Source: an uncultured Acidimicrobiaceae bacterium (GTDB taxonomy: Bacteria; Actinomycetota; Acidimicrobiia; Spongiisociales; ZC4RG35). Taken from it: 38,058 nucleotides of DNA. Position 1 is the stretch's first letter. The number at the start of each line of letters is the position of its first letter. Where the stretch lies: NCBI GenBank assembly GCA_964454615.1, contig CAYVTP010000006.1, positions 1-38,058 on the forward strand, in the 5' to 3' direction. The notes beneath the pieces were generated by a model that saw only the letters and a program-made list of their open reading frames with translations, made no database searches and was not told the DNA's origin. The position numbers and the translations under genes were made by a program. Positions 1 to 8,773 of the stretch are shown piece after piece.

Positions 1-1
1 A

Positions 2-814
2 GGGGCCGGGGCGTTCCCCCCGCGTCCCGGCCCGGCCAGGGCGAGCGACCGCCTGTCCGGCCCGACAGGCCTGTCCTGGAGGCTCCATCGAGGGGGATTG
101 GCCGGATGGTCGGTCGGTGTGGTGACAGTCGGGCTGGTCTACGGCGGGGTCGCCGACGGGATCGGTGACTTCCTCACCGACAGCCCCCAATTAGCCGAGA
201 TCTTTGAGCTTCTCGGCGGGGAGCGGGGGATCACAGATGCCTTCTTCATTGCCGCGGTGGGGATCATTGCCTTCATTGCCGCTGCTTATTCGATCCGGGC
301 GGTACTGCGCATAAGGGTCGAGGAGGAGCTGCTCCGCGCCGAGATGGTGCTGGCCACTGCCACCCCGCGCTCGCGGTTGGCAGCCTCACATCTCCTGTTC
401 GCCATGGTCGGGCCGGCGTTGATGTTGGTGGCCGCAGGGGCGGTGGCGGGAGCTGCATACGGGGCGATCGTGGGGGACATTGCCGGTGAGGCAGCCCGGG
501 TGATGGCGGCCGCGGCGGTGCAACTCCCGGCGGTGTGGGTCCTGACCGGAATTGCCATGACTCTCTACGGGGTCCTACCTCGAAGGACCGGGTTGGCGTG
601 GGCGGCCCTGATAGCCTTCCTGCTCCTGGGTCAGCTGGGGGCCATCCTCCAGTTTCCCCAGTGGACCATGAACCTGTCCCCGTTCACCCACGTGCCGGCG
701 TATCCGGCAGTTGACATCGAGTGGCTGCCCATCGGAGTTCTCCTCGTAGTCGGTGTCGGACTGATCGGGTTGGGTGTTGCCGCCTTCAGTCGGCGCGACA
801 TCCCCGCAGTCTGA
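2..814 (+). CDS. ABC-2 type transporter permease (5' truncated by window edge)
   Basis: Frame open from position 2 (GAGAFPPRPGPARA...GLSWRLHRGGLAGW); several TM helices; C-terminal LSPFTHVP...FSRRDI typical of actinobacterial ABC-2 permeases. Confidence 0.85.
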   Translation, partial: GAGAFPPRPGPARASDRLSGPTGLSWRLHRGGLAGWSVGVVTVGLVYGGVADGIGDFLTDSPQLAEIFELLGGERGITDAFFIAAVGIIAFIAAAYSIRAVLRIRVEEELLRAEMVLATATPRSRLAASHLLFAMVGPALMLVAAGAVAGAAYGAIVGDIAGEAARVMAAAAVQLPAVWVLTGIAMTLYGVLPRRTGLAWAALIAFLLLGQLGAILQFPQWTMNLSPFTHVPAYPAVDIEWLPIGVLLVVGVGLIGLGVAAFSRRDIPAV

Positions 815-978
815 CGCAAGTCGGGAGCTCTCTCGGACTGTCAGCCTGGTGAGGCCACACTCCACGGCCGTCGTCTCCGTCCTCACCATGGGGTGGAACG
901 CATCTTGTGCCGTCGGCCCGGATGCTTCGGGCCGTTCGGCACTGGCAGGTGGGCGGAGACGACTCCGAGAATGGGGGC

Positions 979-1863
979 GTGAGCAAGACGCTCGAGAGAG
1001 TCCTCGTGGGTGCGATTATTCTCGGGGTTCTAGGGGCTGCGTGCGGTACCGGGTATCCCCCGGTGTCCACCACCACGACCTTGTCCCGGGGAACCTCGAC
1101 CAACCCCCCTACGTCGGTGGCTCCGTCGACCTGTACCACCGCAACGCCAACCACCAGCTTGCCTCCCACCACCAGCCTGCCGCCTACCTCATCGACCGAG
1201 GTGACGCCGACGCCGACCACGACCAGCACGGCCACATCGACCACGGCTCCGAGTGCTGGCCCGGCCCTGATAATCCGGCAGGGAGTCACCGATCAGATGG
1301 AGCTGGCACTCACCTTCGATGCCGGTTCGGATCGTGGCTACGCCGAGGGCATTCTGGACCTGCTCGCCTCACGAGGCGTCAGAGCTTCGTTCTCACCGAC
1401 CGGCTCGTGGACGGACCGCAACCAGGATCTCGTCATACGGATGGCCGTCGAGGGCCACACCCTGATCAACCACACCTATGACCACCCGGACATGCAGACT
1501 CTGGACACCACGGAACGTCTTGCCCAGCTGGCGAGGGCGGAGGAGATGATCCTGGGGCTCACCGCCACCAGCACCAAGCCCTACTTCCGTCCACCGTATG
1601 GCTCCTGCAATGCAGATGTCCTCCTGGACGTCGGATCCGCCGGGTACAAGTACTCGGTGATGTGGACAGTCGACTCTTTGGGGTGGAAGGGTTTGGAGCC
1701 CTCGGCCGTGGCGGCGCGTGTTGTCGATGCGGCCAAACCAGGCGCCATCGTCCTCATGCACGTGGGGTCAGCCTCCACTGACTACCAGGCCTTGCCGGCG
1801 ATCCTCGACGCTCTCGATGACGCCGGGTATCGATACGTAACCATCGCCGAGCTCGTTCCTTGA
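979..1863 (+). CDS. Lipoprotein polysaccharide deacetylase (NodB/CE4 family)
   Basis: GTG 979 gives a signal peptide with lipobox (GAAC), a Thr/Ser/Pro-rich linker, then CE4 motifs TFDAG, HTYDH, RPPYG, DSLGW, LMH. Start moved from 907. Confidence 0.85.
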   Translation: MSKTLERVLVGAIILGVLGAACGTGYPPVSTTTTLSRGTSTNPPTSVAPSTCTTATPTTSLPPTTSLPPTSSTEVTPTPTTTSTATSTTAPSAGPALIIRQGVTDQMELALTFDAGSDRGYAEGILDLLASRGVRASFSPTGSWTDRNQDLVIRMAVEGHTLINHTYDHPDMQTLDTTERLAQLARAEEMILGLTATSTKPYFRPPYGSCNADVLLDVGSAGYKYSVMWTVDSLGWKGLEPSAVAARVVDAAKPGAIVLMHVGSASTDYQALPAILDALDDAGYRYVTIAELVP

Positions 1864-1966
1864 TGACGGCAGGCGAGAGAGTAGGCGGAGGCCGCGCTGT
1901 GCCCGATGGCCCTGATGGCTCCGGGCTCCGAAGGGACGATGGCGTGAACCGTCCGGCTCGTTGGGA

Positions 1967-2401
1967 CTAGGTGGGGATGGCTGCTATTGGATCGAGGAAG
2001 ACGATGGGGATCTCCCTCTCGGTTCGCGACTGGTAGTCGGCGTAGCCAGGGTTCGCCTCGACCACCCTCGGCCACCAGAGTGAGCGGTCATCGGGTCCCG
2101 CCGTCGAGGCACGGGCCTCCAGGCTCTCCTTGCCCGTCCGTACCACGACCGTCGGCTCGGACAGCAGGTTCAGGTACCACTCCGGGTGGTGGGGGCGGCC
2201 CCCATAGGAGGCGATCACCACAAAGCGCGGCCCGTCTCGCAGGTATAGAAGGGGAACCGAGTGTGGCCTGCCCGTCCTGCGACCGGTCGTGGTCAGCAGC
2301 AACATGTCGTTGTCGACCAGTCGGCGCCCGACCAGCCCTCCCGTCGCCTGGTACAGCAACCTGTGGAGCTTCGACAGACGGCGGACGGTTCGATCCTTCA
2401 C
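1967..2401 (-). CDS. Deazaflavin (F420)-dependent nitroreductase family protein (Ddn-like)
   Basis: LLLTTTGRRTG, VIASYGG..HPEWYLNL, YADYQSRTEREIPIV motifs. Confidence 0.9.
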   Translation of the reverse strand: MKDRTVRRLSKLHRLLYQATGGLVGRRLVDNDMLLLTTTGRRTGRPHSVPLLYLRDGPRFVVIASYGGRPHHPEWYLNLLSEPTVVVRTGKESLEARASTAGPDDRSLWWPRVVEANPGYADYQSRTEREIPIVFLDPIAAIPT

Positions 2402-2524
2402 TCCACCGGTGTAGCACGACCGCCCCGATGATGGGGGCTTGGGGATGTAGGGGCTGGCCGCATCACCCTGAACCCATCCGGATCGATCCGATAGCCGGAG
2501 ACACCCTGACTAGCGTCGGGTCCC

Positions 2525-3532
2525 GTGCTGCGACTGTCTCGTGATCAGATCCTCGCCCACCGGAGGGCTGTCTCGGCCCTGGACAGGAGGCTTCCCGACT
2601 CGGCGCAGTCGCTCGAGGCGGCGGCGGCCGCCGGGCTCCAGGACAGCATGCCCAGGGCGGCGCTGCTCTCGATTCACGCTCGCGTCGCCGGGACGACGTC
2701 AGAGACCTGGGAGTCGCCTCCCCTGGTCCAGGTGTGGGGACCTCGATACAGCGCCTATGTGGTCGCCCGGCAGGATGTTGCCGTGTTCACTCTCGGCCGT
2801 CTCCCCGAGGAGCCCAAGGCACGGCGCCGTGCCGAGGATGTCGCCGTTCGCCTCGGTGAGGCGTTGGGAGAGGAGCGCATGGATTGTCGGGACGCAGCGC
2901 GCGTCGTTGGGCTCCACCCCAACGCTCTTCGGTATGCCGCCCCAACCGGTCGGCTCCTCATCTACTGGGATGGGGCCAGGCAACCTCTGATCTGGGCGGT
3001 GGATCCGCCCGCTGTCGAGCCGGTCGACGCCCGTCTGGCGCTCGCCCGGCGCCACCTGCGTTGGTTCGGGCCCTCCACACCCGGGTCCTTCGCTTCCTGG
3101 GCGGGAGTCCGCCCAAAGGTGGCCTCCGACACCTTCGAGCGTTTGGGAGGCGAACTCGTACCGGTTGTGTCTCCCGTCGGTGAAGGGTGGATCCTCGCTT
3201 CCGACGAGGGGTCGTTTAGATCCTCCGAAGGAGGCGGTGAGACCCGTCTCCTGCCCAGCGGCGACACCTACTACCTACTCCAAGGAGAGGACCGAGAGCT
3301 CCTGGTTCCTGAGGAGGCCCATCGCGCCCAGCTCTGGACTTCTCGCGTATGGCCGGGCGCGATCCTGCTCGACGGCGAGATTGCCGGGACCTGGCGGCGA
3401 TCGGAACACAAGGTGACGGTTCAGCCCTGGCGCCCGTTATCCCTGTCTGAGAGGGACGCGGTCGAAGGTGAGGCGGCCGGCTTGCCATTGCCCGGGCTGT
3501 CCCGCGAGGTTGCGGTCACCTGGGAGAGGTGA
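2525..3532 (+). CDS. AlkZ/YcaQ-like (HTH_42) winged-helix DNA glycosylase family protein
   Basis: LARRHLRWFGPST..FASWAG, RLLPSGDTY, GAILLDGEIAGTW motifs; N-terminal GLQDS..ALLSIHAR. Confidence 0.8.
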   Translation: MLRLSRDQILAHRRAVSALDRRLPDSAQSLEAAAAAGLQDSMPRAALLSIHARVAGTTSETWESPPLVQVWGPRYSAYVVARQDVAVFTLGRLPEEPKARRRAEDVAVRLGEALGEERMDCRDAARVVGLHPNALRYAAPTGRLLIYWDGARQPLIWAVDPPAVEPVDARLALARRHLRWFGPSTPGSFASWAGVRPKVASDTFERLGGELVPVVSPVGEGWILASDEGSFRSSEGGGETRLLPSGDTYYLLQGEDRELLVPEEAHRAQLWTSRVWPGAILLDGEIAGTWRRSEHKVTVQPWRPLSLSERDAVEGEAAGLPLPGLSREVAVTWER

Positions 3533-3566
3533 GCCGCAGGTCCAGGGGGGTGGCCCCGGTGTTACC

Positions 3567-3955
3567 GAACCCAGGGTTCCTGACCAGGATTGTGCTGGTT
3601 TGTGGCCCTGAGAAGGCCAAGGGTCAACCGCCGATTGAACCCAGGGTTCCTGACCAGGATTGTGATGGTTTGTGGCCCTGAGAAGGCCAAGGGTCAACCG
3701 CCGATTGAACCCAGGGTTCCTGACCAGGATTGTGATGGTCTGCGGCCCTGAGAAGTTGCGAGGCTCAACCGCCGATTGAACCCAGGGTTCCTGACCAGGA
3801 TTGTGATGGTCTGTGGCCCTGAGAAGGCCCCAAGACCTCTGTGGCCCTGAGAAGTTGAAGGCTCAACCGCCCCATTGAACCCAGGGTTCCTGACCAGGAT
3901 TGTGATGGTCTGCGGCCCTGAGAAGCCCTCGGAGACGGTCTGCGGCCCTGAGAAG
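3567..3955. repeat. Intergenic tandem repeat: five copies of a 49-bp core at ~70-bp period plus two partial copies
   Basis: Core GAACCCAGGGTTCCTGACCAGGATTGTGMTGGTYTGYGGCCCTGAGAAG starts at 3567, 3637, 3707, 3778, 3877; extra TCTGYGGCCCTGAGAAG copies end at 3854 and 3955. Lies between convergent genes. Confidence 0.95.
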
Positions 3956-4002
3956 GCCTCCCAGCCCCCAGCCCCCAGACCCCGGTGGCCTCGAACCCCC
4001 CG

Positions 4003-5184
4003 TCAGTAGCGGAGGATGGCCGCCATCTGCTCCCCGTTGTTCAATGAGCTGCCGACGGTGAGAACTTCGCCACTGTGTCCGATGGTGTCGTTTACCGAGA
4101 GGTCGACCTTGTCGTATCCGGGCTGTTCCAGACTTTCGTCGGAGCTGTTCGCAGCCTGCTCCTGGCCATCGGAGACCCAGTGCCCCGGGGCATCGGGGGT
4201 CAACAGCAGGGTTTCCACTCTCCCGAGCGCTGCGGCCTCGACGATCTCGTCGATGTCGGAAGCGGTCCGGCCGGTGCCGGCCAGTTCGTGGTATCTGCTG
4301 ACCAACCCATCCAAACGGGCATCATCGACCGACCGGAGAATGGGCAGCGCCTTGGCATGCAACTCAACGCCTTTGAGTCTCTCCGGGCTGCCTTCGACGA
4401 TCTCCTCTGCGATGTTCGGGTAGCCGGACACGGAGCGGTAGATCGGCTCGTAGTAGGCAACGCAGGCGAGGATCAGTGGTCGGCGTGTGTGCTCGACCCG
4501 TTCCAGAAGGCCCCGGTCGACGGCCCTCATGAACCGCTCCAACTCTTCCTTTCTGACTTCCTTTCCATCGCCATGTCCGTGGAAGCCGGTGGCGTTGGTA
4601 TCACCGTGCCGGTGGGTTTGGAGTTGGCTCTCCGGATCCTCGTGCGCAAGTGCCTCCGCGAGGGATCCGGGTATCGGGCCGAGGTCGAGCTCGGTGATGA
4701 TGTGGCGGTTTGCTTCGAACAGCCGAACCGTGTTCGTGGTGATGGCCAGAAGCAGGCAGGACCCTTCGCCACCCACCGCCGGCAGTATCGGACGGAGCCG
4801 GAAGTGTCGGCTCACAGACACCTCCTCGGGGAGGTCGAGTGCAAGGCGGAAGGTCGAAAAGGAATCCGGGGCGGCGTATATGGCCAAGCCGTCGGCCTGG
4901 TCCTGCCAGAACGGATCGTCGTCGACCAGGTCTCGCAACGGCGCAAGCAGCTCGCCCCGCTGTCGCTTGTCCATGCCGGCGGCTTCGAGCTTCGTGTCGG
5001 CCTCGGTCATCAGGTTGCCGAGCCTGATGCTTCCCTGGAGGGTCTCGGGGCCCGATCTGTGTGTCGGCATGAAGACCGACACGCACTGGCCCGAGACTGC
5101 CGCCAGCGCTCTGAGATCGTCGCGTGTGATGATGTCGGCTTCACCCGCCTTGCGGGATGGCTGGTCTGTGGTCGCTGGTGTCAT
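4003..5184 (-). CDS. Bacterial archaeo-eukaryotic release factor family protein (baeRF3-like; Balon/Rv2629-type candidate hibernation factor)
   Basis: CVSVFMPTHRSG, FWQDQADGLAIY, HFRLRPILP, FHGHG, FMRAVDRGL, PLILAC, GRVETLL, AAILRY. No GGQ. ATG 5184 lies 6 nt after GACAAT (leaderless); alternative start 5208. Confidence 0.85.
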   Translation of the reverse strand: MTPATTDQPSRKAGEADIITRDDLRALAAVSGQCVSVFMPTHRSGPETLQGSIRLGNLMTEADTKLEAAGMDKRQRGELLAPLRDLVDDDPFWQDQADGLAIYAAPDSFSTFRLALDLPEEVSVSRHFRLRPILPAVGGEGSCLLLAITTNTVRLFEANRHIITELDLGPIPGSLAEALAHEDPESQLQTHRHGDTNATGFHGHGDGKEVRKEELERFMRAVDRGLLERVEHTRRPLILACVAYYEPIYRSVSGYPNIAEEIVEGSPERLKGVELHAKALPILRSVDDARLDGLVSRYHELAGTGRTASDIDEIVEAAALGRVETLLLTPDAPGHWVSDGQEQAANSSDESLEQPGYDKVDLSVNDTIGHSGEVLTVGSSLNNGEQMAAILRY

Positions 5185-5190
5185 CGCACC

Positions 5191-5234
5191 ATTGTCGTCC
5201 GGAACCACCGATACTGACCATGGCCCAAAGTCCT
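5191..5234 (-). promoter_or_regulatory. Putative baeRF promoter: DosR/DevR-like box (5221-5234) and -10 GACAAT (5191-5196)
   Basis: Minus strand AGGACTTTGGGCCA resembles GGGACnnnnGnCCC; same layout recurs at 7385-7428, 17558-17601 and 18091-18133. Confidence 0.55.
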
Positions 5235-5314
5235 CTGGTCGACGACGAGTGAGATCCTGGCCGACTCCGACGCCAACGGGACTCGGTCGGTGGCCGGAAC
5301 GGTTTCCCGATCGA

Positions 5315-6748
5315 TCAGCCCTTGACCACGCCCAGGGGTCGAAGTCTGGCTACCCGAGCGGCAAGCCTGGCCTTCTCGCAGACCCTGGCCACTTCGTCGA
5401 CGTCCTTGTATGCATAGGGAGCCTCTTCTGAGAGGAGACGCACCGAACCCGGTCTCACCGCGATTCCCTCGGTCTCCAGGGCTTGGAGGACGTTCCGGCC
5501 CGTTTCATGTTCCTTGGCCTTCTTACGGCTCATGACCCGTCCGGCGCCATGGGCCGCCGAGTAGAAAGCCGGGTTGTCCTCCACGCCTCGCAGCACCCAC
5601 GACGCGGTGCCCATCGAACCGGGGACCAGCACTGGTTGCCCGACCGGGCGGAGATCCTCGGGGAGGTCGGGGTGCCCGGGGCCGAACGCCCGCGTCGCAC
5701 CCTTGCGATGAACGCACAGTTCGACTTTCCTCCCGTCGACCTCATGGCTCTCGATCTTTGCCAGATTGTGGGCCACGTCGTAGACCAGGCTCATACCCGT
5801 CTCCTCTGCCGTTATGCCCAAAGCGTCGGCGAATGCATGGCGGGCGCCGTCGGCAAGGACGTGCCGGTTGGCCCAGGCGTAGTTGGCCGATGCCGCCATG
5901 GCTCCCAGATAGTCCTGCCCCTCGGCTGAGTCGACGGGGACGCAGGCAAGCTGTCGGTCGGGGACCACGATCCCGTGGCGGGCCATGGCCTGCCCCATCA
6001 GACGGAGATGGTCGGTGCAGGTCTGATGGCCCAGACCGCGTGATCCGCAGTGAATCATCACCGTGACCATGCCCGGCGCCAACCCGAAGGCCTCCGCAGC
6101 CTTCGCGTCGACGACCTCCTCGACGACCTGGATCTCGAGGAAGTGGTTGCCCGATCCGAGTGATCCGAGCTGTCCGCTGCCACGGGTCAGGGCTTTCTCG
6201 GTGATCAGGTCGGGTCTTGCCCCTCTCGAAGTGCCCCCTTCTTCGCAACGGTCCAGGTCGGCCCGCCATCCGTACCCGGCGTCCAGTGCGGCGGCCGCCC
6301 CCCGATCGAGGACTTCGGGGACCAGGCTGGAGGGTGCGATCGCTCCTTTTCCCATCCCCCTCGGTATGCGCTCGGCGAGGTTGCCCATGATCCTCCCGCG
6401 GTGCCTCTCGAAGTCATCCGTTGTCAGGCCGGATGAGAGCAAGCGAACCCCGCAGCAGATGTCGAATCCGACCCCACCGGGGGAGACCACACCACCGGAG
6501 GCCACATCGGTTGCGGCCACACCGCCGATGGGGAAGCCGTAGCCCCAGTGGATGTCGGGCATGGCGAACGAGGCCACCACCACTCCGGGGAGATGGGCGA
6601 CGTTCGCCACCTGGTCGGTGGCGCGCTCCTGCTGGACGAGTTCCATGAGGGCGTCGGATGCGAAAACCCTTCCCGGCACCCTCATGCCGCCCGTTGCTGG
6701 TATCTCCCAGATCACCTCCGATACCCTGACCAGGTCAGCCGAAGTCAT
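5315..6748 (-). CDS. rtcB: RtcB family RNA ligase (archease-associated type)
   Basis: MPDIHWGYGFPIGGV, GFDICCGVR, GSGNHFLEIQ, HCGSRGLG, HRKGA, PGSMG, HGAGR, EEAPYAYKD, terminal KG; RBS GAGGAGG. Confidence 0.97.
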   Translation of the reverse strand: MTSADLVRVSEVIWEIPATGGMRVPGRVFASDALMELVQQERATDQVANVAHLPGVVVASFAMPDIHWGYGFPIGGVAATDVASGGVVSPGGVGFDICCGVRLLSSGLTTDDFERHRGRIMGNLAERIPRGMGKGAIAPSSLVPEVLDRGAAAALDAGYGWRADLDRCEEGGTSRGARPDLITEKALTRGSGQLGSLGSGNHFLEIQVVEEVVDAKAAEAFGLAPGMVTVMIHCGSRGLGHQTCTDHLRLMGQAMARHGIVVPDRQLACVPVDSAEGQDYLGAMAASANYAWANRHVLADGARHAFADALGITAEETGMSLVYDVAHNLAKIESHEVDGRKVELCVHRKGATRAFGPGHPDLPEDLRPVGQPVLVPGSMGTASWVLRGVEDNPAFYSAAHGAGRVMSRKKAKEHETGRNVLQALETEGIAVRPGSVRLLSEEAPYAYKDVDEVARVCEKARLAARVARLRPLGVVKG

Positions 6749-6778
6749 GGTTGCCTCCTCACCGAAAGTCCTCCCTGC

Positions 6779-7300
6779 TCAAACATCGAAGTACACCCTT
6801 CCCCGCCACTCCCCGTCGCGATGTTCGACCAACAGGTCGTGATAGGTGACCGCCTTGATGGGTGGGCCCACGGGTTCGACCTCCGAGAGCTCGACCCCGG
6901 CCGCCCGCACCGTCGCATGCAGGGTGTCCGGGTCGGCCTCCACACCGAAACTGTGGAAGGCAAGGTCGTCACGCTCGAACCGGTAGAGGAGCTCCGACAG
7001 GGTGTCGACCACCAGGTCCTGGATGCTCGACGCATCGACGTCGATGGCCAGCTCCTCGGAAGCACCGGAGGTCTCGCACCGCACCATGAGCTCGAACATC
7101 CCCTGGGAGAGAGCCGCGATCAAAGACGCCAGAGAGTCGGCGGTGGCCGAGATCCCGGTGTCGGCGGTGTGGGAGAGCACCTGGTAGGGGAGGCCTGTCG
7201 GCTCGGTGACGGGATCCCGCCCTCGCCCATTGGCCTGGTTGGCCCCATTCGACCCGCCTTTCCGGAAGTTGGTGTCTCCCTGCTCTCGGTGACTGATCAT
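6779..7300 (-). CDS. Archease
   Basis: HTAD, IKAVTYHDL, C-terminal VYFDV; directly upstream of rtcB. Start uncertain (about 30-aa low-complexity N-terminus). Confidence 0.92.
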   Translation of the reverse strand: MISHREQGDTNFRKGGSNGANQANGRGRDPVTEPTGLPYQVLSHTADTGISATADSLASLIAALSQGMFELMVRCETSGASEELAIDVDASSIQDLVVDTLSELLYRFERDDLAFHSFGVEADPDTLHATVRAAGVELSEVEPVGPPIKAVTYHDLLVEHRDGEWRGRVYFDV

Positions 7301-7384
7301 GGCCTGCCCGATCCAGAAGGTGTGATCATGTCAGGCTCCCGGCCACCGCAGCCGTGGTGAGGTGTTCGCCGGTGTCATCGAACC

Positions 7385-7428
7385 ATTGTCGTGTGCGATG
7401 TCTGCTACCGGCCATGGCCCAAAGCCTC
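7385..7428 (-). promoter_or_regulatory. Putative archease-rtcB promoter (near-duplicate of the baeRF promoter)
   Basis: Minus strand GAGGCTTTGGGCCA (7415-7428), GACAAT (7385-7390), ATG at 7378; constant 2194-bp offset from the 5184-5234 elements. Confidence 0.55.
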
Positions 7429-7475
7429 TATGTGGACGCCGACGGAGGGGAACTGGGCCGATGCCCAGCCCGAGC

Positions 7476-8192
7476 TCAGCCGGCGGCGATCTCGTCCAGT
7501 GCTGCCGCCAGGGCCTTGGGATCGATGACATGGATGTCGTGTCCCTTCGGAAGGTGGCGATAGTCCCATCCCCGTGATCTGGCCAGATCGGCGAACGGCC
7601 GAAACACCCATCCGTTGGCATCCGGAGGCTCACAATCGATGTAGGTCTTCGGAACCGACTCGAGGTCGCCTGTGAGGCGGACAGGCTGCTCCAGTGACGC
7701 CAGCGGGTGGGGCCCGACGTGTGACATGTACCACTCAGTGATGCCGGCGGGAAGATCGAGGTCCTCTGCTGCGAACCATACGGGCACCTGCCATCCTCCG
7801 CCGTCGGAAGCGGCGAGATCGCGGAAGTAGGCGGCAAACTTCTCGCCCGACAGGTCATTTGCCGATTGACCGTCTTCGGGCACGAAGGCGTCGACGTATA
7901 CGAGACGTCTGATCCGGTCGGCCGCCCTGTCGGCGGCGCCGGCGACCACCATCCCTCCGTAGCTCTGACCGACGAGAAGCACCTCGGTCAGGTCCTCGGC
8001 TTCGAGTACCCCGAGGACGTCGTCGATGTGAGTGTCGAGGTCTACTCCAGGGCCGGCCAGATGACGCCTTTCGCCCAGACCCGTGAGGGTCGGCCGATAC
8101 GAGGTGTGGCCGGCCTGCTGGAGGAGGTCCGCCACCGAACCCCACTCCCAGCCGCCTCCCCAGCCCCCATGCACCAAGACGAAATTGGCCAC
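7476..8192 (-). CDS. Alpha/beta hydrolase (esterase-like)
   Basis: FVLVHGGWGGGWEW, nucleophile elbow GQSYGG, LVYVDA, GHD catalytic His; GTG 8192 is 6 nt after TATGGT. Confidence 0.9.
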   Translation of the reverse strand: MANFVLVHGGWGGGWEWGSVADLLQQAGHTSYRPTLTGLGERRHLAGPGVDLDTHIDDVLGVLEAEDLTEVLLVGQSYGGMVVAGAADRAADRIRRLVYVDAFVPEDGQSANDLSGEKFAAYFRDLAASDGGGWQVPVWFAAEDLDLPAGITEWYMSHVGPHPLASLEQPVRLTGDLESVPKTYIDCEPPDANGWVFRPFADLARSRGWDYRHLPKGHDIHVIDPKALAAALDEIAAG

Positions 8193-8245
8193 CGGGTCAC
8201 CATACATGGCGGGTGGCGGCAAGCCTTGTGTTGCATGATGAGAGG

Positions 8246-8773
8246 GTGCTCATCGACCGGATTGCACCAACCAGCAACTTTCGGGAGCGACACGCCATGC
8301 CTGTGCATGCCGGAGCTGGCAGGGTGTACCAGGCGATCCAGTCCGTTGACTTCACAAGGTCGCGGCTGATCCTCCTGCTTCTCGCCGCTCGCGGCATGAC
8401 AGGTAACGGTCCGCTGACCCTCAGGGGGTTCACCCGTTTCGGTTTCGTCATCCTGGATGAGAGTCCCGGGACCGAGGTGGTACTGGGAGTGACCGGGCGG
8501 TTCTGGCGGCCAGGAGGTGGGATTCGCCGGGTCGACCGGGCCGAGTTCGCCGACTTCTCGGGCCCAGGGCTCATGAAGGCGGTCTGGAACTTCCATGTCG
8601 AGCCTGTGGGGCCCGACAGCTCGGTCGTTTCCACCGAGACGAGGATCATCGCCACCGACATCCGGGCTCTCCGATCGTTCCGGCCCTATTGGCTCTTGGT
8701 CCGTCCGTTCAGCGGTCTGATCCGACGACGGATGCTCGCTCTCATCCGTGCCGACGCCGAGGGTGGATGGTGA
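8246..8773 (+). CDS. Conserved hypothetical protein
   Basis: Protein-like composition with GRFW, KAVWNF, STETR, FRPYW..VRPFSGLIRRRML; GTG 6 nt after CATGAT. Confidence 0.75.
   Translation: MLIDRIAPTSNFRERHAMPVHAGAGRVYQAIQSVDFTRSRLILLLLAARGMTGNGPLTLRGFTRFGFVILDESPGTEVVLGVTGRFWRPGGGIRRVDRAEFADFSGPGLMKAVWNFHVEPVGPDSSVVSTETRIIATDIRALRSFRPYWLLVRPFSGLIRRRMLALIRADAEGGW

Noticed and set aside
3567-3955. CRISPR array
   Set aside because: Linkers are mostly 21-22 bp and near-identical rather than unique spacers, the 49-bp core is long, and no cas genes are in the window.
5257-5296. Possible rtcB terminator hairpin
   Set aside because: Pairing is imperfect and there is no U-tract; not distinguishable from chance in GC-rich DNA.
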